Source: Octopus bimaculoides
Lineage: Eukaryota
Direction of reading: 5' to 3'
Assembly (NCBI RefSeq): GCF_001194135.2
Contig: NC_068990.1
Coordinates: forward strand, 3,239,466 to 3,277,045
DNA length: 37,580 nt
Shown: positions 24,860-37,409 of the stretch, piece after piece
How the letters are laid out: each line of letters starts with the position of its first letter
Numbering within the stretch: position 1 is the first letter of the stretch
The notes under the pieces: generated by a model
What the model was told of the DNA's origin: nothing
The model's input: the letters and a program-made list of their open reading frames with translations, nothing else
Database searches by the model: none
Translations under genes and position numbers: made by a program

Positions 24860-25185
24860 CATATAATCCTTGCGGGCACCGTGCTCGCTCTTATAGCCTA
24901 ACAATGCTGGCTAGGCTCAGTGAATGTAGATGAACTGCAGTTAGTTGAATTTACTATACTCGGTTAATCCTCATTTTGGTAAATCCAAATGCCCTTGTAA
25001 AGCCTGCATAGTGTCAGTAGAGAAGAAATAATGAATTAATAGATACAAGAACAGAGATTTACATATCCAGATTTATTATCAAGTTAATCGCATCTTTCTT
25101 TGTCAGTAACAAAGAAAGATGTGATTAACTGTATAATAATACCTGGATTTGTAAACCTCTCTTCTCCTGATATTTATTAATTCAT

Positions 25186-25187
<2 letters not shown>
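24860..25187. mobile_element. Repeat family C, copy 2, with longer hairpin
   Basis: Homologous to 11560-11846; hairpin 25029-25187 with inner 13-bp perfect stem and cagta loop. Confidence 0.8.
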
Positions 25188-25511
<324 letters not shown>

Positions 25512-26729
25512 TATACATGTGTATGCGCGCGTGTTTGTGTCTATGTTGTAGCCGCCACCGCTTGACAACCGGTGTTGGTTTGTTGTCTCCATTGCCCAGC
25601 AGTTCGCCAAAGAGTCCAATAGAATAAGTGCCAAGCTTTGGTATTGGGGTCGATTTAGTCCACTAAATATTATTCAAGGCGGTGCGTCAGCAATGGCCGC
25701 ACTCTATTGACTGAAACTGATCAAACAAAAATTATATATTTTGTTAGCGTCAGGGATTGTACTTTTTCTATCTCATATATTTCCAAGAATCTACTTCATA
25801 TAGAACCATCCTTCTCCAAAGATGGCCGGATGCATAGCTGGTTTTGCTCATTCTTGTTTCTTGCATTGTTTAACGATTCTTCGAGAGTTTGCTCTCCAGT
25901 CTCTTGCAAGTTCCTTCGCACTACGGAATACTCTTGTGGCTACATAGCTAGATATTTGTCATTTCAGCAACTTCTATAACATTCATTTCGAATGTGGCTG
26001 GGCATTTGCAGATCTTTTAGTTCTTCTTCTGCAAGACATGTTATCAAAAATTACAGAGTATTTAAAAAAAGAGAAAAACAACAATACGACATAAGTATAT
26101 GCTTTAAGTATATTACAGGAACTACGAACTGTCCTCCCGAATGAGTCTGTGATTCGCCTTCACATGACTTTTACAAAGTCAGGTCTTTCTGATCAATGAA
26201 GTCAATGAATAGAAATAACACACAGTAACACCACTGGGATGTGATTGCGTTGCAAGGTATTGTATTTCATCGTTTATCTGATAACACTTATTAGAACATT
26301 TCACAGTCTTGCTTACATATATAAACTGTAGAGTGATGAAGCATTGTCTACTATTAAGTGATACCAATTCAGTGATATGGTAATTATAGTCAATTATACG
26401 GGTGTACCTTATGTAAGAGATGATAATGTGGCGTATTATATCAAATTAATTACACAATAGAAATTACAATGCTTCCTTGATAATGAACTCCAGAAATATA
26501 TAACAGTGTTTGTACAAATTGTACATCTAATGCATGGTAACATTGGAGAGCTAATTTTCGTCGTGTTAATATGCACGCATGATAATCAATCGACGAAAAA
26601 ATGTTGAGCTGTTACTTTTTAAAAACGTATGTCCACTTTTATAAGAGACACACGAAAAACACTTAAATTTGTAGCCATAAAATAGGATCGAATTTTACAC
26701 GAGATCAAACTTCTATTGGAGATCAATTT

Positions 26730-28720
26730 CAGTTGAAATGTGTGCTCGTTTACGCTCGCGCAGGTACAGCTCGACAAATTCACTGGTCCACCGTTTATTG
26801 GTGCACCGTGTGACATGTCCAGCCCATCTGGGTTTGTTAGACGGTACTCGGCGATAATGTCTTTCGTTCCAATTTTTTCCTGATCTACTCATTTCAGATG
26901 AGATCTCTCAAGCAGATTCCTAGTACTGAGTTCTCTATGTCTCTTTGCGCCGTTATTAACCGCCGTTCCTTCGTCTTCGTCCTCACCCACGTTTCACTTG
27001 AATACAGCATTGCTGGTAGAATCGTGCTGTTGAACAGTTTTGCACGACTGACTTTGCCGAAGTCCGCATTCAGTACATTCAGTGAACGCTCTCCAGCCTG
27101 ATCTTATTCTCGCGAAATTTCACTTTTCATTTCGTGTCTCATGCTCATAAATTAGTCGAAATGTACCTAACTTCCCACATCGTCGATTTTATCGCCTCCA
27201 ACAACAACTTAACCGGGTCTCACGTCTTCGGACCGCATATACTTTGTTCTCACATGATTGATCCTTAGGCCGACCGCCGAACCTCTGGTGCGCAGCGCAT
27301 CTAGCAAGGTTTATAAGCGCTTGGTACTTTTTTCCGATTAGTAATGTAATCTGCGAACCGGAGGTGGGTAAGCAGCTCGCCGTTGAGTTGCACACCGTCG
27401 TCCCAGTTGATGTCTCTGATGACCATTTCGAGACATGCCGTGAAGAGCATTGGAAAGATTGTATCGCTTTGTTTGACTTCTTCCTCGACCGAGACACGCA
27501 CGGGTGAGGATAACAAGACAACGTCCGTAGTGCATCCGGAATTTGCCTCCCTTAAGAGGTTCATATCCTGAGCCGCAACACTTTGCTTCTCGAGAAGCTG
27601 TAGCACTATCTATCGAGGTCCTTTTTCGTAGTCGACGAAAGTGACGCACTTGGTTGTTCTTCATCAAGCTGTTGCGATGGTCAGCATACAATTATCTTTC
27701 TAAAATCCTGGTATACATGAAACGAGGCATATAGGGAGACAGTTCCTGAGATCCTTCCGATCACCATTGTTTACAACAGGATCGAGTTCGATTCTTTGAA
27801 TCGTTGGGCGATGACTTGCCACAGCCACCTTATGCCGGCTTGCGGTATTTCCGGTGTTATACCGTCCTTGCCTGGTGCTTTTCTCTTTTTTCATCAGATT
27901 CAGGTCTTTCTAAATCTCTCTGACCAGAACTGATGGCATTTCTTTCCGCATCCTGTATGACAACGGAGGGACGACGGCTACAGTACACTAGAGGAGATTG
28001 GTGTAGAAGGTTTGGCAAATCCCATCTACTTCTTCCTTTCCGTTCACCGCGATGCAGTCCTTGTTCTTCAACGTCATCACTTCTAACCTGTAGAACCCCC
28101 TTTCGCACTTCTTGAGGCATTTCCGTTCCTGCACAGTCCTTAGGAGATTTTCTCTCCTGTAATGCTCGAATGATAACAGAGTGCTCAATCAGATGTGAAC
28201 TCATTCTCTTGGTATGCCACTGCTTTTCCATCAGCTTCTTCGCCTGCTCCGAGATCTTACCTTTTGCATCTTTCGGCCCTGAAACCCACGTCCTCCTCAA
28301 GCACTCTTTCAACTTCTGGATCAGTGAGTCATGTTCTTCATCGATCCCTTTAAGCTGAATCAGGGCTCTTTACCAAGTGCTTTCTTCAGCTTCACTTCAC
28401 CAACGACATTCACTCGCTACACCCTCGACGTTAGGTGAGGTGTTTTCTTCTCCCTGATCTCGTTCAGCACATTCTTCACTCACACAAGTTGATAGCTGCA
28501 TGCTCTGTTGAATGGCTCTACTATTGAGACGTCTTCCAATATGTGTAATCTATTAACCAGGATGTAGTCGATCTCGTTCCGGTTTCTTGCCTGCTGCATT
28601 ATCCAGATCCAGCTATTCTTCTTGCAAATGCTGTTCTCGATATTAAAAAAAAAAAACCTTTTGGCATCTGCCATGGTGACCAAACGGTCTCCTCTCTCAT
28701 ACCACTCTCCGGGCATGAAA
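26730..28720 (-). mobile_element. Decayed RTE-clade LINE fragment (end of endonuclease plus reverse transcriptase)
   Basis: Minus-strand motifs in order: ERGDRLV, RNEIDYIL, DLRN.LPICL, FVDYEK, LFTACLEM, LTHLRFAD, TAQRDIENSVLGI, RWAGHVTR...RWT; many stops, frameshifts and deletions. Confidence 0.92.
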
Positions 28721-28782
28721 ATGTGTGTAATGTATATATATGTATGCGCATTGTGTGTGTATGTATGTATGTATGTTTGTAT

Positions 28783-28785
<3 letters not shown>

Positions 28786-28838
<53 letters not shown>
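28786..28838. repeat. (GAAA)n microsatellite
   Basis: Direct. Confidence 0.95.
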
Positions 28839-29065
28839 AACAGAGGAGAAAGAAAGAAACAAAGGAAGGGGGAGACATTTGTTCATATATTAGTTTACAT
28901 CAACAAAAAAAAAAATCCGAGAGATCAAAAGATTTGTACTTGATCTGGCTCTTTACGTCAGGAGTTCGAATCTCCGTCTAAGTCTGTTTCCCGGAATAGT
29001 TAGGAAGTCAGAAAGGGTAACATGCAGCATTTGTCTGGTCATTTTTGTGGGTTGCACCCTTGATT

Positions 29066-29091
29066 CCTAACCATTTTTTTTTCTTTTGTAG
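29066..29091 (+). promoter_or_regulatory. Possible 3' splice acceptor
   Basis: ctaac branch-like motif, long T tract, TAG ending at 29091; no strong donor found downstream. Confidence 0.25.
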
Positions 29092-29777
29092 AGTGCAGTC
29101 TGTTGCAAGCAACTAGTGCAGATTTTCAGTTTGACAAAATCATCTGTCCTGAAAAGACAATGGTTTATGGGTTATGTCCTTCATTCATATTTCCTCTGTG
29201 CGTTAAGACTGGTTATTTCTCACTCCACCATAGGACCACATATTCATGCCTGGGGCGGGAAACTGCAATAAAAAGAGCAGCAGCTCTGCGATAATTTGTT
29301 TAAGACCACTTTGGAATGAACTGTATAGGATCAACAAGATATTTAGTTTGAATGAAATTTTGGCAAATTTCTGAATTTCCTTTACATAAACCTGTAAAAG
29401 TTTTAATAAATCGAGCGGCTACATATTGAGAAAGAAACTTGTATAAACAGATATATTTGTATACATTTTGTTTACTTTATATTTATAGAATCCTACAGGC
29501 ACGACAGGTGGGTTTGAATTGTGATTCTCATTTTCTTTCATTTGTTTAAGTATCGCGTGTTCAGATAGAGTTGAAGACGAAAAATTGTTTTTACTTGCTA
29601 CATAATATCACCTTCTTTCTTCTTTCTCTTTCCTCATAAACATTTACGTGTGCCTATAATAATAAAAATACACAAACGCATACACACACATACGTAAATA
29701 CAAATGAAAGCACAGTTACACCAATACAAATGCACATATTTGTGAGCTTGTGCGGTTTCCTATCGTATCATGTATAT

Positions 29778-29892
29778 NNNNNNNNNNNNNNNNNNNNNNN
29801 NNNNNNNNNNNNNNNNNNNNNNNNNNNNNNNNNNNNNNNNNNNNNNNNNNNNNNNNNNNNNNNNNNNNNNNNNNNNNNNNNNNNNNNNNNNN
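29778..29892. other. Assembly gap
   Basis: N run. Confidence 1.
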
Positions 29893-31293
29893 TATGTACT
29901 TAGCATTTCTTCAATTAATTTTGACACAAAATAATTGTTTCATGTCTGCACAACAAACATGGCAAGCGTTCCGGCATCCGACAACATTCGTGAGAGCATT
30001 TCATGATTTAGAAAAGAAAAAGAAAATGCAAATAATATCAAAAATAACAGGCTTCATGTTGATAAATATATAACAGAACAGACAACATAAATAGATACTA
30101 AACATTGTTTACATTCCTGCTTAATTTTATTTTCCATGTCATGTATCTAAAACTTGTGTTTCATCACGCGGACACCATATTCCGTCTCCCTTTATATATT
30201 AGTGTATCTTTCTAGAATGAATCTTGCTTCGTCAAACACGTGATGTTGTATGCTATACCCATGACAATATTTGAAAGAAATACATGCGAACAAAACATTT
30301 TGCGAATATACAATAAGCCAGTCGTGAACTAGCAAATAGAGTTCCCTCCTATACTATCACATTTTGTATACCCATATTTTCTGTCTGCATTAAGAGATTC
30401 CAGTCGTTAGACTGGTTATTTCTCACTCCATCATCTTTTTCTAAGCGTACACCCTTCTTGCGTTTTCGTGTTGCTAACCGTGTCGTAATAAGAACTACTT
30501 TTCTTAAACATTTTATATTGGGTTTCATTTACATAATATCATAAATTTGAGATACATCATTATGTGTTATGCTTATTGCTACCATTTCCTACTTCAAATA
30601 ATTCTAATATTATTTTGATAAAACTTCACTGAGCTAAGATATACTTCTAATGCTTGGGATATTCAGTCATTTGAGGCTTTACATTTTTGAGTCATGCATT
30701 GGCACAGAGCGGTGGCGTATTTGCCGCCATTAGAATCATCAGTTATCAGAGTCGGATAATATGAGCCGCGGTATTTGTTCCAGGTATATGCGTTCTGCGT
30801 GCAAATCCCTCAGAGGTAATCTTTATGGGTGAACTGGAAGAGCGAATGAATAGCTTCCCTGCTATATCTGTCCCATTATTTCAATAGTTGTGTATGTGTG
30901 TGTGTGGGTGGGTGTGTATATGTGTGTGCGAGAAAGAGATCTGAATCCAAATACCATCTTGACAGCCGCCCGATTTAGCAGCACCGCTGTTCATCTTAGC
31001 TGCTTTTTATCAGAGTCGCCTCTGTCAGAAGCATGAAGGCGAGCTCCCCTGTTTGAGAAAATCTTCCTTCCTCTTCTCACAGCCTCAGAGACCCTGCGAC
31101 AGGTCATTGAAACTGCTTTGACACTTGAATGTAAATTTAAATGACTCTCTCCGCAGTCGTGTTTGTGAACTCACAACATGCAGGCATGCAGACTAAGAAT
31201 CTAATGCGATAACGATTCTTATAAATACAACTGAACCACTCAGATACAGATACAAGTTTGACAATTTTGTTGACGCTTGCTTTTTTTTTTCAG

Positions 31294-31444
31294 AAATAGT
31301 TTAATGTATTGGTGAACAGTCAACGGCATTGGAGAGCATAAAAATTAAAGTTGTACCTGAGAAAGAGTTAACTGCCATGGAAAAATGGAAGGTCAAAATG
31401 AAGGTTATTCCATTGACACAATGAGAAAGAAACGCATGCACCAG
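31294..31444 (+). other. Candidate exon, possibly first coding exon (MEGQNEGYSIDTMRKKRMHQ from 31385)
   Basis: Acceptor gc(t)10cag ending at 31293, donor CAG|GTACGA at 31445, 151 nt; AAAATGG start open to the donor with an in-frame stop upstream at 31358. Peptide not recognised. Confidence 0.35.
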
Positions 31445-32314
31445 GTACGAGTGGAGTTTTGAGGCCGTGACGATTACGTCCAGTAAACTCTTATCTCCCA
31501 TCCATAATCTAGTTAATAGTTTTTGATTTTTTAAATACTTTTATTTTTGGATGGGATATTGTCTTTTATTTTCCTTTTATGCAAACAATCAAATTTAGCC
31601 CGAACACACTTTATCAGTCCTCCACTAAATATTCTTTGTCAATTAAAGTTGTCTCTTGGCACACTTGTTGTTTCAAATTATAAGATAATCTAGTGAGGAA
31701 GTAAAGCTTTGTCTCCTTACGACTCTCCGACAAAAATGCAGATATCCATCACATATTCGTGGAGACTAGAACGATTCAAAACTTATCCCTATGTAACAGT
31801 CTGAACCTAAATAATGTGTGTGAAGTAAAAAAAATATACTAAATATTTTTTGCATTATTTCTGTAAGTAGATATTGTAATACAAATTAAGTTTAAAATAG
31901 AATAGGTGGAGTAATATATATTTCAATTAAAATGCGTACCTGAAACACTCCGAAAATAAAGTAAACAAAATAAATTGAATAGAATGTGTATCAACGATAA
32001 GAACAATTGGAAAAAGAATTGTAATATGCAAGGACAATTCATCTAATGAAAATGTTCTGCTGACAATGATACAGACAAAATAAATGAATATATATTTAGT
32101 GCTAATCTTTGTGCAATGAACAAATGTGTAATTACAGAGCAGTTGTTGTAGCTGGTACGTGTTTTTTTATTCGTTGTGAGTGAGTGTTTATTTATGAATA
32201 TAAATACAAACATGCACATAAGAACACAGGCTCTCAAATACACACACATACAATATATGCTCACGCATGTGTGTGTGGGGGGGCGTATATTTATGTAAAT
32301 AAACATATATAATG

Positions 32315-32550
<236 letters not shown>

Positions 32551-32698
32551 ATAGATGTTTTTAAATCTCGAATAAAACGAAACAGTTGTCAAATATAAAA
32601 ATACTTTCGAGAAAAGTTCAATTAAAATGCTCAATACCCATATTCAGATTCACGTCTTATGTATATATATATGAGAGGATATATACATGCTGGAACTG

Positions 32699-32936
32699 TG
32701 TCGGTTGCGAAGAGTATTCCAGATGATCCGATCAAAGAAACAGATTATTCGTGAAATTAATGTGCAAGTGGCTGAGCACTCCACAGACACGCATTCTCTT
32801 AATGAAGTTCTCAGGGAGTTTCAGCGTGACACAAAATGTGACAATGCTGGCTCTTTGAAATACAGGTTCTATTCAATTTTGCCAGCTGATTGGACTGGAG
32901 TAACTTGAAACAAAATGACTTGCTTAAGGACATAAC
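32699..32936 (-). mobile_element. SINE family E copy lacking its tRNA head
   Basis: Colinear with 37031-37343 (ttccagatgatccgatcaa...acaatgctggctctttgaaatac...ttttgccagctgattggactggag). Confidence 0.85.
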
Positions 32937-33032
32937 TACGTGGCACCTTGTGCAAGTGCTTTCAACTATAGCCTCGGGCTGAACAAAACCGTATGAGTGA
33001 ATTTGGTAGAGACAAACTGAAAGAAGCCCGTC

Positions 33033-33075
<43 letters not shown>

Positions 33076-33318
33076 CCTATGTGTGTATTCTTTGTATTGG
33101 TGATTCTATCCCTCCTCCCACACACCATTTGACAACTGGTGTTGGTGCGTTTATATTCCCGTAACTTAGCGGTTCGGGAAAAGATACCTATGGAATAAGT
33201 ATCAGACCTAAAAAACAAGTCATGAGGGCAAATTTTTCGACTAAAACACCACAAAACGGGTCAAAACGGTACTCTAACATGTCGGCAGTCAAATGACTGA
33301 AACAATTAATGGATAACA
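32937..33318 (+). mobile_element. SINE family B copy lacking its tRNA head
   Basis: Starts at cgtggcaccttgtgcaagtg; internal (TA)(TG); ends gcagtcaaatgactgaaaca like the 10595 copy. Confidence 0.88.
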
Positions 33319-33384
33319 GATTAAAGATTATATATACAGATGGCGATTTTCTGCCTCCGTCTTCCTTTCTATTGGACTTTCCTC

Positions 33385-33422
33385 TGTTCCTGAAGAAGAG
33401 CGTCTGCTCGAAACGTTAAACC
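33385..33422 (+). ncRNA. Minimal hammerhead-ribozyme-like motif with intact core
   Basis: CTGAAGA-A-GAGC(GTCT)GCTC-GAAAC-GTT; alternative 5-bp stem III acgtt/aacgt followed by C at 33447. Confidence 0.6.
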
Positions 33423-33463
33423 ATCTTTCTTTCCTTCCCTGAACGTCTGCTTATACTTTACAT

Positions 33464-34295
33464 NNNNNNNNNNNNNNNNNNNNNNNNNNNNNNNNNNNNN
33501 NNNNNNNNNNNNNNNNNNNNNNNNNNNNNNNNNNNNNNNNNNNNNNNNNNNNNNNNNNNNNNNNNNNNNNNNNNNNNNNNNNNNNNNNNNNNNNNNNNNN
33601 NNNNNNNNNNNNNNNNNNNNNNNNNNNNNNNNNNNNNNNNNNNNNNNNNNNNNNNNNNNNNNNNNNNNNNNNNNNNNNNNNNNNNNNNNNNNNNNNNNNN
33701 NNNNNNNNNNNNNNNNNNNNNNNNNNNNNNNNNNNNNNNNNNNNNNNNNNNNNNNNNNNNNNNNNNNNNNNNNNNNNNNNNNNNNNNNNNNNNNNNNNNN
33801 NNNNNNNNNNNNNNNNNNNNNNNNNNNNNNNNNNNNNNNNNNNNNNNNNNNNNNNNNNNNNNNNNNNNNNNNNNNNNNNNNNNNNNNNNNNNNNNNNNNN
33901 NNNNNNNNNNNNNNNNNNNNNNNNNNNNNNNNNNNNNNNNNNNNNNNNNNNNNNNNNNNNNNNNNNNNNNNNNNNNNNNNNNNNNNNNNNNNNNNNNNNN
34001 NNNNNNNNNNNNNNNNNNNNNNNNNNNNNNNNNNNNNNNNNNNNNNNNNNNNNNNNNNNNNNNNNNNNNNNNNNNNNNNNNNNNNNNNNNNNNNNNNNNN
34101 NNNNNNNNNNNNNNNNNNNNNNNNNNNNNNNNNNNNNNNNNNNNNNNNNNNNNNNNNNNNNNNNNNNNNNNNNNNNNNNNNNNNNNNNNNNNNNNNNNNN
34201 NNNNNNNNNNNNNNNNNNNNNNNNNNNNNNNNNNNNNNNNNNNNNNNNNNNNNNNNNNNNNNNNNNNNNNNNNNNNNNNNNNNNNNNNNNNNNNN
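33464..34295. other. Assembly gap
   Basis: N run. Confidence 1.
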
Positions 34296-37030
34296 TAACT
34301 TAGAGATATCAAATATAAAATATACAAGAATAAGGGCAGGGAATCGTCAATTAATAATAGAATTAATAATTAACAATTTTGCCAAGTAGTTCAGTATGAA
34401 AAAAACCTTTATCGGTAAGACCATTTATCATCATAAATATACAGGGATTAGCAATTGAGTTGCTTCTCCAACATACTGAAAATTTAGAAATAGCAGTCAA
34501 AGAACTACTGATTCTAAACTACAAATTTTTCTCTAAAACGGATGGCGATATTTATGGCACACATAGAACAAAAAACCGGAGGGAAAAGCGTAAACAAAAC
34601 AAGTCTTTAGTTAATTGGGTACTTATTACCCTACCTCACTAAATCTTTCACAGGCGTACACAATCCTTAAATTCACTTTTTGTCGTATCTCTCCCCTTTA
34701 GAATTATAGGCCTGAAATGTTTCATTTGGAATAAAAATAAGGGAAGCCTCACCAAGCTTAGAATGTCTAGAAAGATTATGGGAAGTAATAGTATTTCCAA
34801 TTTCCATTTTGATATATTTCTAATAAAGCTGTAATTTGAGTGTAGTAAATGACATAAATGCACTCCTATCTACCTATCACAGGTAAATTTGTCACCAGGC
34901 TATTTCGTCTCCAGTCAAACCGTCACCCTTTTCTGCGTCAGAATGCTGTCAGGTTATTAACTGGTGTTTAAACAAAGCATTGATAAATATTTTTCATTAT
35001 AAAACTTAAGCAGAGTTGCTGGTCTCCCGAGACGTTGGTTGTTTCACACTACTATACAGATGATGATGACATTCTAATGCAGAAAACATGCAGTAATAAT
35101 GTAAGAATCAAAGACGAAGATATATTTGTATGGATAACTATACTTTTACTGATACAGTTATTTCATGAGAATATCAGATTGGTTATAATATATACTTTGA
35201 ATAGACACACGGGCATCTTCCGTAATTATGGCACACTCCAACAAATAGATATTGGTATGTAATATGTATATTTTCCCGCCGACTGCCAGACTTGCAAAAG
35301 CAAATGCAAATTCCTGGTGAATAGTAAATAATATAAGGAATTTTATGGACGATGTTATCTTTCTCTTAACTCATTTTCCTACTAGTAGTTTCCAAACGTT
35401 ATAGGCCGCTTAAGTTAAATATTTACATGAAAATATGCATTGGTCTGTAATATTTTTTCGTACTGAATTTTATTTTGCAGCGAAGAATTCTAATCTTTTG
35501 TAAGGGTACTAATCCGCTACTGGATCTTGCTGAATGGTATTATGTCCGTGTTGCACACGTTGTTGTAAGGATAAATGTGAACTAATTTCCACTCTGTGCC
35601 TATAAAATTCCTGGCGTAGATAAAAGGGAAATATTCTTGAACTGAGAGTGACGGGAGGTCCCTATATCGACTTACTGGTGTCTTACCGATATAGATTTAT
35701 TATTGAGATTTTGATTTGGATCATTGAGACAGAATAAAACTTAAACGTTCCATTAGGAATAGATTAAGATTTATATTATCTGCCACGAAAGCACTTATGA
35801 ATGTGTTAACTAATGTGCATTGACCCTTTGGTTTAGCAAGAAACGTCTGGCTTGTTGTTTAGCAAATTGGACGTAATTATTTAGAGAATTTTAACTGAGC
35901 TGCGATCACATGTTGTATAAAAAGTTTTTACTATTAATAAACATTGAAGAACTTTCATATTCAATGAAGACCACTCAGTTTAGCAATGTTTATCATGCCT
36001 GAAATATACTGACATAGTTACTGTACTCGTAAATGCTGAGGCTGTAAAAACGCGCCTTTCATATATTGCAGGAAACGAAATTATTCAGTCACGAACAAAA
36101 TATTCATTAATGATTATTTGCATAGTGCTCTAAATAAATTTTGAAAACTGAATAAATTGCAAATCGAAAAAAAAATTTTTAATTAATATTTGAATAAAAC
36201 TAAAGCATTCCGAAAATAAAATTGTGAAAAGTAATGGAAATATAATTTATGAACAGGAAAAGAATCAAAAAGAAAATTATAATGAAGGTAAAGAAAATTC
36301 AGCAGAAGAATTTAAAGCTATGATTAAAAGAACAAAAGGGAAGGAACAGAAAGCCACGCAGCAAATTCAGAAAGCCATAATGTTTGCAGATTGTAGGATG
36401 TTCATTTGGTTTTCTGTGGTTGTTTTATTATAACAGTGGTGGTTGCCTTATAGTAACACAACCGGCTGGTTATATATTATACGTCTTCTTTTAGTCATTA
36501 TAAGCAGTATTCTTCAAGTGTAACTGGCAGTGAACTACCTGAGCGTTGTATGGCTTGAACAATAGATCTCTGAAAGAAATAGATCACACTCAGGATTACG
36601 AAGTATTTCACCTTATTGTTGTTGTTCCTTCATAACGATCGAATTGCTGAACTACAGATAAGTCTCAGCTCAAATCTTGTTAAACAACAGAGAGAAGTCT
36701 GAAAGTTGGAGACACGATAATTCCTAAATTAACTAACATTTGTAGATGAGAAAGAGATCAATCATTGCTGGAGGATTAGTGCGTTCATGTTGGTAGCTGT
36801 ATGATAAGAGATTAAAAGAAGCTGAAAGAGGAGTCAAATTTGGAATAGTATAGATGGTTTCAATTCCAGACTAAAATTAGTCGAACAATTTCTTGTTGGT
36901 AGCGAAAGTTTGAAGGCCAGCAGAACGAAGAATAATTGGAGTAGGAAGGAAAGCACAAACAAAATCATTTAAGAAGTATTAAAAACCATGTTCATAACTT
37001 AAACATGGTCCCTATTGTTAGTTTCAAGCT

Positions 37031-37343
37031 TCTGTTCGTTTCAACGACGACGAGGGTTCCAGTTCATACGATCAACCGAACAGCCAGTTAGTAAGACCAA
37101 CATGCAAGTTGTTGAGTAAGCCACAAACACGCATACAGCTAACATAGTTAAGAAGATTCAGCATGACCCAGAATTTCACAATGCTGGCCTTTTTGAAATA
37201 CTCTCACAACTCATTTTGCCAGCTTAGTGGACTGGAGCAAATTAAAATAAATTGTCTTGCTCGAGATCACGACGTGCCACTGGGCGTCGAACTCACGACC
37301 ATGTGATTGTGAGCCGAATAACTTAACCACTAAGCCAGGCGCC
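37031..37343 (-). mobile_element. tRNA-derived SINE family E, near full length
   Basis: Minus strand head ggcgcctggcttagtggtta (A-box) and gtgagttcgacgccc (B-box), then tctcgagcaagaca core-like segment; second copy at 32699. Confidence 0.9.
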
Positions 37344-37409
37344 TTGATTTTATGCGTTTATAAAAGTTAGCGCATGAAAACCCGAGATTCAGAACGGAGT
37401 TCGCACGAG

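Noticed and set aside
35481-35618. Open frame after acceptor ttttattttgcag as exon 2 for the 31294 candidate
   Set aside because: The joined peptide is unrecognisable and no single convincing donor stands out.
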